Virus record (IMG/VR): IMGVR_UViG_3300018933_000001
Span: 82,538 to 146,537 of that record
Strand: one strand, 5' to 3'
Length of the DNA: 64,000 nt
DNA from: a virus
Shown here in pieces: positions 33,664 through 43,526 of the stretch. Under the pieces are notes generated by a model. The model had not been told where the DNA came from. It did not search any database and saw nothing but the letters and a program-made list of their open reading frames with translations. Made by a program: the position numbers and the translations under genes. Position 1 is the first letter of the stretch. Each line of letters opens with the position of its first letter.

Positions 33664-36159
33664 CTACATCAAACTAAATATCATTATATCTACAACTGTA
33701 CCACGGTCAATAGCTTTTATGTCAGCTCTACCTTCTAAGAACACGCTCGTATAGTTCTCAGATAACCTATACTGATTGCCAAAGCTATAAACTCCTGTAT
33801 TATTAGTTTGTATATTAAAACTCTCACCATCTAGGATGTTTATTGGATTATTTATATTACTAATTGTTCCAGTAGTATTAAAGACATAGTTATTTGCTAC
33901 TGTTAAATCGGGAGTAAGGGAACTACCACTAACTACTAAAGGAGATTGTTTACTACTTACTGCATTTGTAGATGTTCCACTACTACTGCTTTCACCTCCA
34001 CCTCCTAAAGCTAGTATTAAAGGAATCATACTATCATCTACTGACCTAATTAAATCATTTAAGGTACTGAGGTTAGGGTAAATAGATGAGTAGACATACT
34101 GGCTTACTTGTTCTAAATTTAATCCTGACTCTTTTTCTTTCCAAATACCAGGAGAAGTAGAGGGTAAAGTTCCTGGTTTAAAGCTAGTTACATTATTAGC
34201 TACTCCTGTCTGGTACTTGTAAAATACTAAATCTAAATAACTACTATCTGTTCCTTTTAACGACCTTCTCTGTCCATCAGGTATATAGGTAGTGTCTAAA
34301 GATATTAGTTGTTCCTTAAATAAAGGTTCTCCTAAATACTTCATGTTATTAAGTGCCTGAGATAAAGACATATCTAGCTCTAAGATACATCCTTTAGCAG
34401 TATCATGGTTAATAGATGTTACTTGGTTTCCATCATACAGATAAGCAATACTAAATCTATAACTACCTATACTAAATCCACTACCTAACCCGTTACTAAT
34501 AACAAAGTAAGGTAAGTCGTATAGATTAAAGTCACTATTTATGTTAGTTGCAGAGGGTACGTTACTTACTACTATTCCACTATTCCAATCAAGTAAGTTA
34601 ATAGAGAAAGTGTTATTAGTTATATTACTGTTGTAACTAATTTCAAATCTACGTATTTCAGAGTTAGATTGTCTCTGCACATATACTATATATCTACCAA
34701 TAACAAAATTAGTAGATGAACTAGCTATCACATCTGGATAAGTGCTTCTGATAGAGGTAGGTAAAGTCAGTTGTAAGGTGAAGTTACTATTTTGAGTAAC
34801 AGATACATAACTACTCCAGCTAGTAACCGATGTCTGACCAGGAGTAGTAGATACAATAGCTCTAATAGCAGATGAGTTAGGTAAGTCAGTAGGAGCTAAG
34901 AAGCAGTTACCTAGATTATTAATAAAAACTCTTTGATTAACTGTATTAGGTATCAATCCTAAGATAGTAGTCTTTGGTAGTAAAGGAAAAGTATAGTTTT
35001 TAATTAGTCCACTGCCTGATGAAACTTCAAGACCTGTATTAGTAGTAGAAGGCAATACTCTACGTCTACCTCCTTCAGTAAATATACAGTCCCCTATTAT
35101 CTCCCCTCCTGCTACATAGCTACCTACATTAGAAACAAAAGAAGGATAGATAGAAATAATAGAGCCTTCTGGAATAAAGTCATTGAGTTCTGCTCCTAAA
35201 AAATTTAAATAGAAGCTAAAAGATAAAGCTTCCCCAATTAATAAGTCTTCTTCTAAGGCAAAGTTTGGGTTATTAGCGTTAAAAACTAAAGGAATTCCTA
35301 GCTTCTCAAAAGGTGTAGCTCCATCTCTAAAAGTAGTTCTGAGAACACAAGTATTTAAATCTACTATTCCTTCAAACACATAACGAATCTTTCTATCAAA
35401 TAAATTAGTCTTTATATTTTCATTTAGTTTAACTGTAAGAGTAATTCTAGTTCCAACTGCTACTGAACCACTAGAGTTATCTACCCACAATCTAGTAGAG
35501 GCTGAATCACTTCCGTTGTTGCTATAGCTTACTAAAAGAGGACTAATATCATTTTCTTCTCTTAAATCGAGTCTACAACCATCTACATCATAAACTGAGG
35601 ATATATAAGTTGAGAAACCTCCTCTAGCCTTAAATCGCTTACCAGTGCTAGCTAATAGTGTTTCTTGATTGTTAACTTCTGAAGTAGAATCAAAAGCATC
35701 ATACTCGTAAACTAATCCAGTTCCGTTATACCCAATCCTTATCCCGTGAAGTAAATCAGCAGAAGAAATATTAGTAATATTATCTGACGTTATATAACCA
35801 GTTCTTAAGAATATATCTCTACTGATAACTAAAACTAATGGGAAACTGGGAGATGGGGTTACTGGTATTTTAGCTATCTGACTAAAAGTATTTGGTACTG
35901 AAGAAGTAGAAACTCCTATAACATAATTAAATATCTCTTCAGTTGGTAGTTTAGCTTGTGAGTTAATAGTTATTGTGACCTTACCAGAAGAGGGGATAAC
36001 TACTAAAGACGAGATAAGTAATAGATTCCTACCTATTCTGTTCTCTGTCTGAAGTGAAAAGTATAAGTTAGCAGAAGAAAGTGAACCATCAGTAGAAGAA
36101 GTTACTGTCCAACAGCTATTAGGAAGAACTATTCTACTATTTGCATAAGTTACTGCCAT
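33664..36159 (-). CDS. Putative tail or baseplate protein
   Basis: 831 aa, S/T/N-rich, AGGAG RBS, upstream of the fibre. Confidence 0.6.
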   Translation of the reverse strand: MAVTYANSRIVLPNSCWTVTSSTDGSLSSANLYFSLQTENRIGRNLLLISSLVVIPSSGKVTITINSQAKLPTEEIFNYVIGVSTSSVPNTFSQIAKIPVTPSPSFPLVLVISRDIFLRTGYITSDNITNISSADLLHGIRIGYNGTGLVYEYDAFDSTSEVNNQETLLASTGKRFKARGGFSTYISSVYDVDGCRLDLREENDISPLLVSYSNNGSDSASTRLWVDNSSGSVAVGTRITLTVKLNENIKTNLFDRKIRYVFEGIVDLNTCVLRTTFRDGATPFEKLGIPLVFNANNPNFALEEDLLIGEALSFSFYLNFLGAELNDFIPEGSIISIYPSFVSNVGSYVAGGEIIGDCIFTEGGRRRVLPSTTNTGLEVSSGSGLIKNYTFPLLPKTTILGLIPNTVNQRVFINNLGNCFLAPTDLPNSSAIRAIVSTTPGQTSVTSWSSYVSVTQNSNFTLQLTLPTSIRSTYPDVIASSSTNFVIGRYIVYVQRQSNSEIRRFEISYNSNITNNTFSINLLDWNSGIVVSNVPSATNINSDFNLYDLPYFVISNGLGSGFSIGSYRFSIAYLYDGNQVTSINHDTAKGCILELDMSLSQALNNMKYLGEPLFKEQLISLDTTYIPDGQRRSLKGTDSSYLDLVFYKYQTGVANNVTSFKPGTLPSTSPGIWKEKESGLNLEQVSQYVYSSIYPNLSTLNDLIRSVDDSMIPLILALGGGGESSSSGTSTNAVSSKQSPLVVSGSSLTPDLTVANNYVFNTTGTISNINNPINILDGESFNIQTNNTGVYSFGNQYRLSENYTSVFLEGRADIKAIDRGTVVDIMIFSLM

Positions 36160-36167
36160 GTCATCTC

Positions 36168-36320
36168 CTATCTTATTTGAGTAATTCTAGTAGTAACCTT
36201 CTGACCACCTTTACTAGATAGCTTTATCTGTTTACCCGCTATAGTTAAGACATTACCTTTAATAGTTATCTTGTCTTTCTGCAATATCTGAAGTAATTTA
36301 GTTATTAACTGCTCTTCCAT
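36168..36320 (-). CDS. 50-aa protein (not in ORF track)
   Basis: MEEQLITKLLQILQKDKITIKGNVLTIAGKQIKLSSKGGQKVTTRITQIR fills the gap; its N-terminus resembles that of ORF 27254-30193. Confidence 0.6.
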   Translation of the reverse strand: MEEQLITKLLQILQKDKITIKGNVLTIAGKQIKLSSKGGQKVTTRITQIR

Positions 36321-36364
36321 TTTTTGTTATATTTATAAGGTATCTATACAATAATAGCCTAAGT

Positions 36365-37111
36365 ATGTTTGGAAAAGACAAAGTTAAAGGTCATAATAGG
36401 GTAGCTAAAGGAAAGAGTGGATTTAAAGTTATAAGAGTAGATGACTTCTTCAGAAAGAAAGATGAGAATAGAGGTAAGAAGATTGCTTTAGGAGCAGGTC
36501 TAGTAATAGGTGCGGGGATTGGCTCAGCACTTCTGCTTAAGGGTAAGGGAGCCAAATCACTCTTAACTAAAAAAGTAAGTGTTCCTAGTAAGACTACTCA
36601 ACAAATAACTAACGTAACTAAAGAGAAAGTTCCGATAGTTACATCTACTACTTCTAAATCTAATGTTGTAAGAGAATCGACTAAAAAAGATTTTGGTAAA
36701 ATAGAAGACCCTTGGGAAACTCCTATACTAACTAAGATACAAAAAGAAAGTCAATTAGTTACTAAGAACTCAGAAGGAAGTAGATTACTAAGTCCTGCTA
36801 AGCCTAAACAAAGAGATTTACTACAAAAACCACAAAGAAAGACTAAAAATGTAGAGGATAAAGTGATTCAAGTAAGTAACGCACAAAAAGATTATCAATC
36901 TCTTCCAGTAGAAATGCAGACGATATTACAGGTAGAAAAAGCTCTATTATCTCCCACTAAAGCAAGTAAGTTAGGTAGACCCCCAGAGAGAACATCTATT
37001 GTCAAATTAGTAGATAGCTCCGAAGGTAAACTAGATAAAGTAACTAGGAAAGTCAAAGATAGACTCCAAAGAGAGAAATCTATTTCTGATGAAGTTGTAA
37101 AAAAAAACTAG
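36365..37111 (+). CDS. Basic protein with Gly-zipper TM segment; ends just after an A9 slippery run
   Basis: VKGHNR, IALGAGLVIGAGIGSALLL; GTA AAA AAA AAC TAG. Confidence 0.75.
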   Translation: MFGKDKVKGHNRVAKGKSGFKVIRVDDFFRKKDENRGKKIALGAGLVIGAGIGSALLLKGKGAKSLLTKKVSVPSKTTQQITNVTKEKVPIVTSTTSKSNVVRESTKKDFGKIEDPWETPILTKIQKESQLVTKNSEGSRLLSPAKPKQRDLLQKPQRKTKNVEDKVIQVSNAQKDYQSLPVEMQTILQVEKALLSPTKASKLGRPPERTSIVKLVDSSEGKLDKVTRKVKDRLQREKSISDEVVKKN

Positions 37112-37794
37112 ATGACATTGTTCCCAACGCATCTAGAAGAAATCTCTTATTAGTAGATAAAACTAAAGCTGCTATTAAAGACAGAGATAAGATTAAAGAA
37201 ATAGCTATTTCTTCTGTTACTGAACGTAAAAGTATGATGGGTAGAGCTATTGTACAAATAAATAAAGTAGCTAAAGACCCTGAAGCTGAGAAGTTAGGAA
37301 TTCAAGTAAAAGCTGAAGAATGGGAAAAAGCACTTCAATCTATTTCTGGTAGAAGAGGTGCTATTAAAGCTACTGGTAGAGCAACACTTAAAGGAACAGA
37401 GTCACTTGTATACGCAAGAGTAGTTAAACCTAAAATCATATCTACTCTCATGAAAGAAGTTAAATCCGGTAATCTTAAATCTACTAACCCTAAAGGTTAT
37501 GCAGAGAGACTGAAAAGAATTCATGACAACTTTGATGAGTTGATGGTAAAAGAGGGGACTAATTATAGAGAGCTTAGTAGAAGAGAATTAGGTAGAAGAG
37601 TAGGTAAAGTAATGGAACCTGAAATTAAAGACGCTACTCTCAAGGTTAAAGATTTTGCAACTGATGGTAAAAATCTAACAGATGTCTTCCTTGAGAATTC
37701 TCAAATGCAAGAAGCTTTTCAACAAGCAGGTATTAAAGATAGAAAGGCCCAGTTACTACTGAAAATGTTGATGAAAGTAGGAGGACTAGGATAG
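37108..37794 (+). CDS. -1-frame continuation of the 36365 gene
   Basis: Frame is open from the A9 run (LDDIVPNASRRNLLL...) into the track ORF 37234-37794. Confidence 0.7.
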   Translation, partial: LDDIVPNASRRNLLLVDKTKAAIKDRDKIKEIAISSVTERKSMMGRAIVQINKVAKDPEAEKLGIQVKAEEWEKALQSISGRRGAIKATGRATLKGTESLVYARVVKPKIISTLMKEVKSGNLKSTNPKGYAERLKRIHDNFDELMVKEGTNYRELSRRELGRRVGKVMEPEIKDATLKVKDFATDGKNLTDVFLENSQMQEAFQQAGIKDRKAQLLLKMLMKVGGLG

Positions 37795-37798
37795 TTAG

Positions 37799-38335
37799 AT
37801 GTTAAGACCTGGAAACCAACATAAATGTAACTTAGTATCTGTATTAGATGGAGATACTTTAGAACTAAACTTTGAAGGAGAAACTTTTAAAGCTAGATTG
37901 CAATGGATAGATAGTCCCGAAACTAAAAAGAAATCTCAAAATAGTACAGAACCTAGAATTATAGAACATTGGAGTTATGGAGATTTAGCTAAAACTGCTC
38001 TTATCAATCTACTATCTACGAAACCTATAATAATTATTCCTGTACTTCTAGATATTTATAGTAGATGGATTTGTGATTGTTATGTGGAGAAAGTATCTCT
38101 AAAAACTAATGTCCAAGTAGAGTTGTGTAAATTAGGAATGGCTGTTAGCTACTATTTACCTACTGAGAGATATGGTTATAGCGACAGAGAACTAGACATT
38201 CTACTAAACGTTATTAAACAAACTGCTTTAGCTAATCGTAAAAAACTGGGATTTTGGAAGAGTAAAGAGATTATATTTCCTCATAATTTTAGACAGTTAA
38301 TTAAGAAAACAGATAAAACATTAGAGGTTAAATGA
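37799..38335 (+). CDS. Thermonuclease (SNase) family protein
   Basis: SVLDGDTL, RLQWIDSPET, DIYSRW, LCKLGMA, A.RKKLGFW. No signal peptide. Confidence 0.88.
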   Translation: MLRPGNQHKCNLVSVLDGDTLELNFEGETFKARLQWIDSPETKKKSQNSTEPRIIEHWSYGDLAKTALINLLSTKPIIIIPVLLDIYSRWICDCYVEKVSLKTNVQVELCKLGMAVSYYLPTERYGYSDRELDILLNVIKQTALANRKKLGFWKSKEIIFPHNFRQLIKKTDKTLEVK

Positions 38336-38814
38336 AACTTAAAACAGAAGAAGTAAAACTATTTAGTTCTGTTCAGTTACAAATTAGTTTACTAAATCAG
38401 TATTTAAACAGCAGTAAAGCTGAAATAGTTTGTATGCCTAAAGACTTTCACGAAGTAATTACTAGGAGATGCCCTGACTTTAGATTAGAAAACGAAGAAA
38501 AGATAAGACCTTACTGGGAAAAATACAAAGTAGACACTCATTACACATATTTAGATATTAATTACATAGAAGAGGATTTAGTTAAGAGACTAGAACATGA
38601 CCTTGAAATTACTATAAAAAATATATCTAACTATTTTTCAGAAAAGCTCCAAAGTAGTCCCACTTATTTCCTCACTATCATTCTTCCCGATGAAGGATTA
38701 TTTAGCAGTTACATAGATGAAGTAGATACTTTCCATATAGTAGGGAGTATCAGTTACTGTATGACTTACCGACATTTTATAACTCAACCAGAATATCTAC
38801 TCCCAAAACCATAA
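38332..38814 (+). CDS. Hypothetical protein
   Basis: GAGG RBS, ATGA coupling. Confidence 0.7.
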   Translation: MKLKTEEVKLFSSVQLQISLLNQYLNSSKAEIVCMPKDFHEVITRRCPDFRLENEEKIRPYWEKYKVDTHYTYLDINYIEEDLVKRLEHDLEITIKNISNYFSEKLQSSPTYFLTIILPDEGLFSSYIDEVDTFHIVGSISYCMTYRHFITQPEYLLPKP

Positions 38815-41471
38815 GCTATCTCCCCTAACTCTCTTCCTTTGGTGTACATATTAAAGATACTTGCTTCAGCAGGATTAGTAGAATTAGTAGAAGGTTCAAT
38901 GTTTTCTTGTGGTAGTTTGACTTTTTCTAATCTAGTTAGGCTACCCAAGCTACTATCTATTCCTAAACTAAGTGAAGTAGAACCAGTAACCTCAGTAAGT
39001 AATCTACCATCTTCTAGTTTTTGATAACCTACTATATTTACACTACTGCTATTGTTTATTACCCTACACTTCCAAGCATCCCAAGAATAGTTAAACGTAA
39101 CTTTACTTCCTTCTATCATCTCAGGTCTAAATAAGGTAGTTAAAGAAATAGAACAGTTGCTATTCATATCATCTATTTCTAAATCAGTTATTGCCCCTAA
39201 AAAAGCTTGAGATTGATGTTTAGTATTGTAAGAAACAGAACCTTGTATCGGGTCATCTAAGCTATATCCTTGCGTAATTAGTAGATATTTGTACTTATCT
39301 TTTGGTTTTTGTATTGCATCTTTTCTTTTAGTCTCAGTCATCTTATAGTAGACATCTGCATTTTCTTTTACACTTTCTTCAGTTTTAGGTACAAAAGGTA
39401 GTTGTTTTCTAGTTGCTTCAGGAGGTCTACCACTTCCATCTTCTACTCTAATACTGGTAAATGCGTTTCTAAAATTACTGTCTTGAGCTGAACGTTCTGT
39501 AATGTGTGTCTCGTATTTTTCTTCTAAACCTTCTTTGTCATCACCTATAAAATTATCCCTAGCTATAGTTCCAGTAGAAGTAAAGCCTAATCCTTCCTCT
39601 TTAATAGTTGATTTACTTCTATGAATAAACGTTTTCTTATGTATTTCTGTCTCTCTACCAGTAGTTAGAGGTGGATTGTAGATTGGATTATCAGTAGGTG
39701 TTTCAGGAGGTGAATCTCTAAATTCTCTTCTAAGAGCTAGATTTGCAGGGTCTTCAATTCTAGAATAACAAGAGTAGAAAGTGTATTCTTCTCCTATGTG
39801 CATTGGTTCAACCCAAGTAGGGTCTTTCTTATATTTAGTAATTAACTTACCATTTGAGCTACATACTTGATAAGGAACATTTGGAGTATTGCCGTTCGCA
39901 TCTCGGTAGTAATCTCTATTTTGTCTCAATATAAACTGAGTTCCACCTGTAATAGGAACGGCTCTAAATCTATAGCAATCTATTATCTCGTTTAGTTCAA
40001 ATAGTTTTTCCCCTCTAACATTTGCATCTGCCTCATAAATTTTACTTGCAGGGTCAGCTATTGCACTTTTTTCTTGTTCTAACTTAGCTGTTTCAGTAGA
40101 AGATTCTTGTTTAAACCTACACATTTTCCATCCAGTAATCTTATTTCCTAAGTAGTAACCAGTGGAAGGGTCAAATATATGAGTAGTTTCTTGTGACTCT
40201 GTTAATCCCCAATAGTTGCTAGGAGAAGCTTCTAAGATACTTTCTCCATCTCTCTCTTTAACAATATCTTTGGATAAATACATGAATCCCCAAGTTTCTA
40301 CTTTTTCCCATAAGATAGTCGTCCCTTCTCTTTTAGTAAATGTTTTAGTTTTTATTTTACCTGAAGCATCGTAGTTTAAATCCATTGACCTCAACATTCC
40401 TGAATCGCTAGGGGGAGAAGTTGCATTGTCCGGGTCAGAAACGGATTCTTTTACACTAATTTTTAGTTGTAACCATTGAGGTTTAGTATTTTGAAAAGTA
40501 TCTTCTCCTTGATTGTTTAGAGGTTCTTCTTCAGATTGGTTCCATGAGAGTTCAGTAGGTTTGTAGCCTAACTCACTCATATTATCTGAGTAACTAATAG
40601 GGGAAATTATTCTGTCTTCTCTTACCTTATACTTTTGAGGAGTTGCCCACTTAATAGTTTTGACACCTTCATCAGATGAGTACAAGACATAAAGACCTTT
40701 AGTTCTTTTTCTACTATCTAACTCACTAGCAAAAGTAGTAGTTAAGTTAGGAGCAACTGGTCTTTGATAGTTACATAAGAAGTCGTAACCTAAGTAACTA
40801 AAACCTAACCTATTAGCATAAGAACTAAGTGGTACTACTAATTCCTCTGGCTTATTAAGAGAATTAGCTAAGTTAGAAGATGTACTACTTCTACCTACCT
40901 TACATTGAGGAGCTTCAAAAGGTTTACTACTTCTGTTACTCTCACCTCTATCTTTAACAAATATAGGTTGACTTATTAGTTTCTCATACCAACCTGTAAA
41001 AGATAAATCTATGTCGTAATGTCCTTCTGGATAAATAACTCTTTCTCCAATAACTTCAGAGTAATTAGTTAGTCTAAAGGGAATTCCGTAAAATATGTAC
41101 TTCTCATCAAATCTATCTCTGAACTTATTTCTTATTTCGTCTATCTCATCTCTACTACACATTAGTTTAAAAGATATAGATGGGTGACTCTCAAAACTTC
41201 TACTAATGGTAAAGCCACCAACTAACTTATGTTCTACTATGAAGTCAGGTAGCTCGATTTGATTACTAATAAATATCTCTTTATTTTTAAGTATTTTAAG
41301 AGGTAAGGGGTCTTGAGTAATCTTAGTATTTACCTTACAACATAGAAGAACTTTCTGAGTGACAGGATTAAAGAGAAATGTACCTGGACTTGCAGCTAGT
41401 TTAGTTACTTGTTCATTAGGTAATTGATTAGTAGAAGTAATTATATTATTTAAAGGTGACTTAGGGGACAT
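38784..41471 (-). CDS. Putative tail tip or hub protein
   Basis: 895 aa, third minus-strand gene after the tape measure; position only. Confidence 0.5.
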   Translation of the reverse strand: MSPKSPLNNIITSTNQLPNEQVTKLAASPGTFLFNPVTQKVLLCCKVNTKITQDPLPLKILKNKEIFISNQIELPDFIVEHKLVGGFTISRSFESHPSISFKLMCSRDEIDEIRNKFRDRFDEKYIFYGIPFRLTNYSEVIGERVIYPEGHYDIDLSFTGWYEKLISQPIFVKDRGESNRSSKPFEAPQCKVGRSSTSSNLANSLNKPEELVVPLSSYANRLGFSYLGYDFLCNYQRPVAPNLTTTFASELDSRKRTKGLYVLYSSDEGVKTIKWATPQKYKVREDRIISPISYSDNMSELGYKPTELSWNQSEEEPLNNQGEDTFQNTKPQWLQLKISVKESVSDPDNATSPPSDSGMLRSMDLNYDASGKIKTKTFTKREGTTILWEKVETWGFMYLSKDIVKERDGESILEASPSNYWGLTESQETTHIFDPSTGYYLGNKITGWKMCRFKQESSTETAKLEQEKSAIADPASKIYEADANVRGEKLFELNEIIDCYRFRAVPITGGTQFILRQNRDYYRDANGNTPNVPYQVCSSNGKLITKYKKDPTWVEPMHIGEEYTFYSCYSRIEDPANLALRREFRDSPPETPTDNPIYNPPLTTGRETEIHKKTFIHRSKSTIKEEGLGFTSTGTIARDNFIGDDKEGLEEKYETHITERSAQDSNFRNAFTSIRVEDGSGRPPEATRKQLPFVPKTEESVKENADVYYKMTETKRKDAIQKPKDKYKYLLITQGYSLDDPIQGSVSYNTKHQSQAFLGAITDLEIDDMNSNCSISLTTLFRPEMIEGSKVTFNYSWDAWKCRVINNSSSVNIVGYQKLEDGRLLTEVTGSTSLSLGIDSSLGSLTRLEKVKLPQENIEPSTNSTNPAEASIFNMYTKGRELGEIAYGFGSRYSG

Positions 41472-41477
41472 AATAAT

Positions 41478-41849
41478 ATGAATGACAAATTAACGATGAC
41501 TGGGCTATATAACAAGTTAGAGAGATTAGGTTTTTCAAAAAAGTTTATAAGAGCTATAGGTTTACCAAGTTGGTGGGTAGATGAATTAGACCAATCTACT
41601 GACTTAGGAGTAGCTTATGAAGCAGCTAGTCACATATCTCAGAGACTATTTACAGACCTAAAGAGTTTGATAGATACTACTCAAGAAGCTAAGTTTGTGA
41701 ATAGTATGATTTATGAAGAAGTAATTACTGCACTTAAGAAAAGAAAAGAATGTCTACTGCAACTTAGAAAGTTAGGTACTGATATATTAGCTAATGACGT
41801 TACTGACTACTTTGAACAGTTACTAGAGTACAAATTAGAAGAACTCTAG
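41478..41849 (+). CDS. Hypothetical protein resembling the N-terminal part of cyanobacterial ImmA/IrrE-family proteins, without the peptidase domain
   Basis: LYNKLERLGFSKKFIR..GLPSWW.DE...EAASHISQRL..DLKSL recalled from such proteins; no HExxH. Confidence 0.45.
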   Translation: MNDKLTMTGLYNKLERLGFSKKFIRAIGLPSWWVDELDQSTDLGVAYEAASHISQRLFTDLKSLIDTTQEAKFVNSMIYEEVITALKKRKECLLQLRKLGTDILANDVTDYFEQLLEYKLEEL

Positions 41850-42229
41850 GTACTCTCCCTTTCTTCCATAGGTAAGGAGTCTACTACAGGTACTAACGAA
41901 TCATTTACATTAGTAATGAAACTAAACTCATCTAGTGACAATAAGTTCTGATACTTACCACCATTAAAGTACAAGTTATCCAAGTCTTCTATTAGATTAG
42001 GAGATAAGATATCTAGTTCTACTATTTGATATTGAGAAGGTACTGTACTAATAGAAAATACAAAGTCATCTACTGTTTCTGCTACTTCATTTATATGTTC
42101 TAGTTGAAACATAGGAGAAAAGTTAGTTAAAGTAGGTAAGCTATTGGTTAATTGGAAACAAGGTACTGAGATAGTAGAAGGTGTTATGGTAGTAGTTGGT
42201 ATAGTAGTATTGCGAGTTATTTTGAACAT
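41846..42229 (-). CDS. Hypothetical protein
   Basis: 127-aa ORF between two plus-strand islands. Confidence 0.6.
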   Translation of the reverse strand: MFKITRNTTIPTTTITPSTISVPCFQLTNSLPTLTNFSPMFQLEHINEVAETVDDFVFSISTVPSQYQIVELDILSPNLIEDLDNLYFNGGKYQNLLSLDEFSFITNVNDSLVPVVDSLPMEEREST

Positions 42230-42285
42230 AATTAGGGAAGTAGAAGGTCTTATATGAGATTAACATAATATTACGGAGAAGAAAG

Positions 42286-42516
42286 ATGACTGAGGAAAGT
42301 AAGATTGAATGGTTGATACATGATTACCTAACTGAATTCTACAAAGGTTCTACTTATACTCAGTTAATAGCAAATAGTATGAGTAACGGAACTCATAACC
42401 CTAAAGAGCTAATAGAAAGAATAAAGATGATGCAAAAACACGTAGGTGCATTGTATGGGATTACTAATGCTATTTACTTTAGTGTATTAGAACAGATAGA
42501 GGGAACTAATGAGTGA
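42286..42516 (+). CDS. Hypothetical protein
   Basis: GGAG RBS; first gene of a coupled six-gene island. Confidence 0.7.
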   Translation: MTEESKIEWLIHDYLTEFYKGSTYTQLIANSMSNGTHNPKELIERIKMMQKHVGALYGITNAIYFSVLEQIEGTNE

Positions 42517-42661
42517 TAAAGAAACCTGTCTAGAACTACTAAAGGTTATCGAGCAAAATTATTATGACTCCCTACCTTATTTCTATAAAAACCTGTATCA
42601 AATATTGTTAGATTTTATATACCAGTTTGAAAATAGTATTCTACAAGAAGATGAATTATGA
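42509..42661 (+). CDS. 50-aa protein (not in ORF track)
   Basis: GAGG RBS; MSDKETCLELLKVIEQNYYDSLPYFYKNL...; overlaps both neighbours. Confidence 0.65.
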   Translation: MSDKETCLELLKVIEQNYYDSLPYFYKNLYQILLDFIYQFENSILQEDEL

Positions 42662-42879
42662 CCTCTAATGAACAACAACTAGAAGAACTAAACAAAGACT
42701 GTCTTAGGTATCAGCAAGATTTAGATGACCTACATTTATCAATAGAAGCAAATAAAGCTACTAACACAACAATAGATAAAAAATTAACCAAGATACAAAG
42801 AAAACTAGATGATTCATATAACAAGATACTGAATCTACAAGAAAAAATTGCATTAGAACTCAAAGCTAGGAGGTTATGA
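42658..42879 (+). CDS. Small coiled-coil protein
   Basis: ATGA coupling at both ends. Confidence 0.7.
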   Translation: MTSNEQQLEELNKDCLRYQQDLDDLHLSIEANKATNTTIDKKLTKIQRKLDDSYNKILNLQEKIALELKARRL

Positions 42880-43064
42880 AGAAGCTAGACTTTCTATATT
42901 CAAAACTATATAAACAGATAACTCCTCAACAAGCAGAGAAGATAAATGACGTTCATACCTTATTATGGGAATTACTCAACTTCCATCCAGAAGCAAGAAA
43001 TGAAGTAGTTACTTGTATAATATCTTTAAAAGCTAAGTACAACCAGTTAAAGAAATATGACTAG
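42876..43064 (+). CDS. Small protein, module D
   Basis: AGGAGG RBS; LLWELLNFHPEARNEVVTCIISLKAK. Confidence 0.75.
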   Translation: MKKLDFLYSKLYKQITPQQAEKINDVHTLLWELLNFHPEARNEVVTCIISLKAKYNQLKKYD

Positions 43065-43215
43065 AGAAGAACTAGAAGACTTAAAAGATAAATGTGACAC
43101 ACTATTTAACGAGATTATGTTTGATTACGCAGATATAGCACTACCTAAACTCTATGAGATGCTGACTAAGTTGTTAAAAGCTTGTGAAAGTAAACGATTA
43201 AAGGAAGGTAAGTAA
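43057..43215 (+). CDS. 52-aa protein, module D (not in ORF track)
   Basis: MTREELEDLKDKCDTLFNEIMFDYADIALPKLYEMLTKL...; TAATG coupling. Confidence 0.7.
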   Translation: MTREELEDLKDKCDTLFNEIMFDYADIALPKLYEMLTKLLKACESKRLKEGK

Positions 43216-43526
43216 TGGAAAATAGACTGATAGTAAAGAAAGTTTTAGACATTGTACTAGACTATGATATTTGCTGTAATTTGTGTAATGAGATAATGGA
43301 TAACTATATAGAAGAGTGTCCTATCTGCAATCAAAAAAATATTGAACTGAAAGAATACGGTAGTTTGGAGACATACTTTACTGGAAAAAGAGATTATTGT
43401 ACTTGTTCTAACTGCAAAAGTAGATTTAAATTAGTAAGCGATGAGTGGTACTACCCTAGTTTCCCTGAACCAGTTGGAGATGAGACTGAAGTAGTTCTTA
43501 TCCCATTCGATAAGAATTCTCAGTAA
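43215..43526 (+). CDS. Zinc-ribbon protein
   Basis: Three CxxC pairs (CNLC, CPIC, CSNC). Confidence 0.7.
   Translation: MENRLIVKKVLDIVLDYDICCNLCNEIMDNYIEECPICNQKNIELKEYGSLETYFTGKRDYCTCSNCKSRFKLVSDEWYYPSFPEPVGDETEVVLIPFDKNSQ

Noticed and set aside
3031-39024. Short antisense track ORFs (3031, 4508, 7618, 9070, 11751, 19570, 22482, 32864, 33278, 38839)
   Set aside because: They overlap better-supported genes on the opposite strand and have non-protein-like composition.
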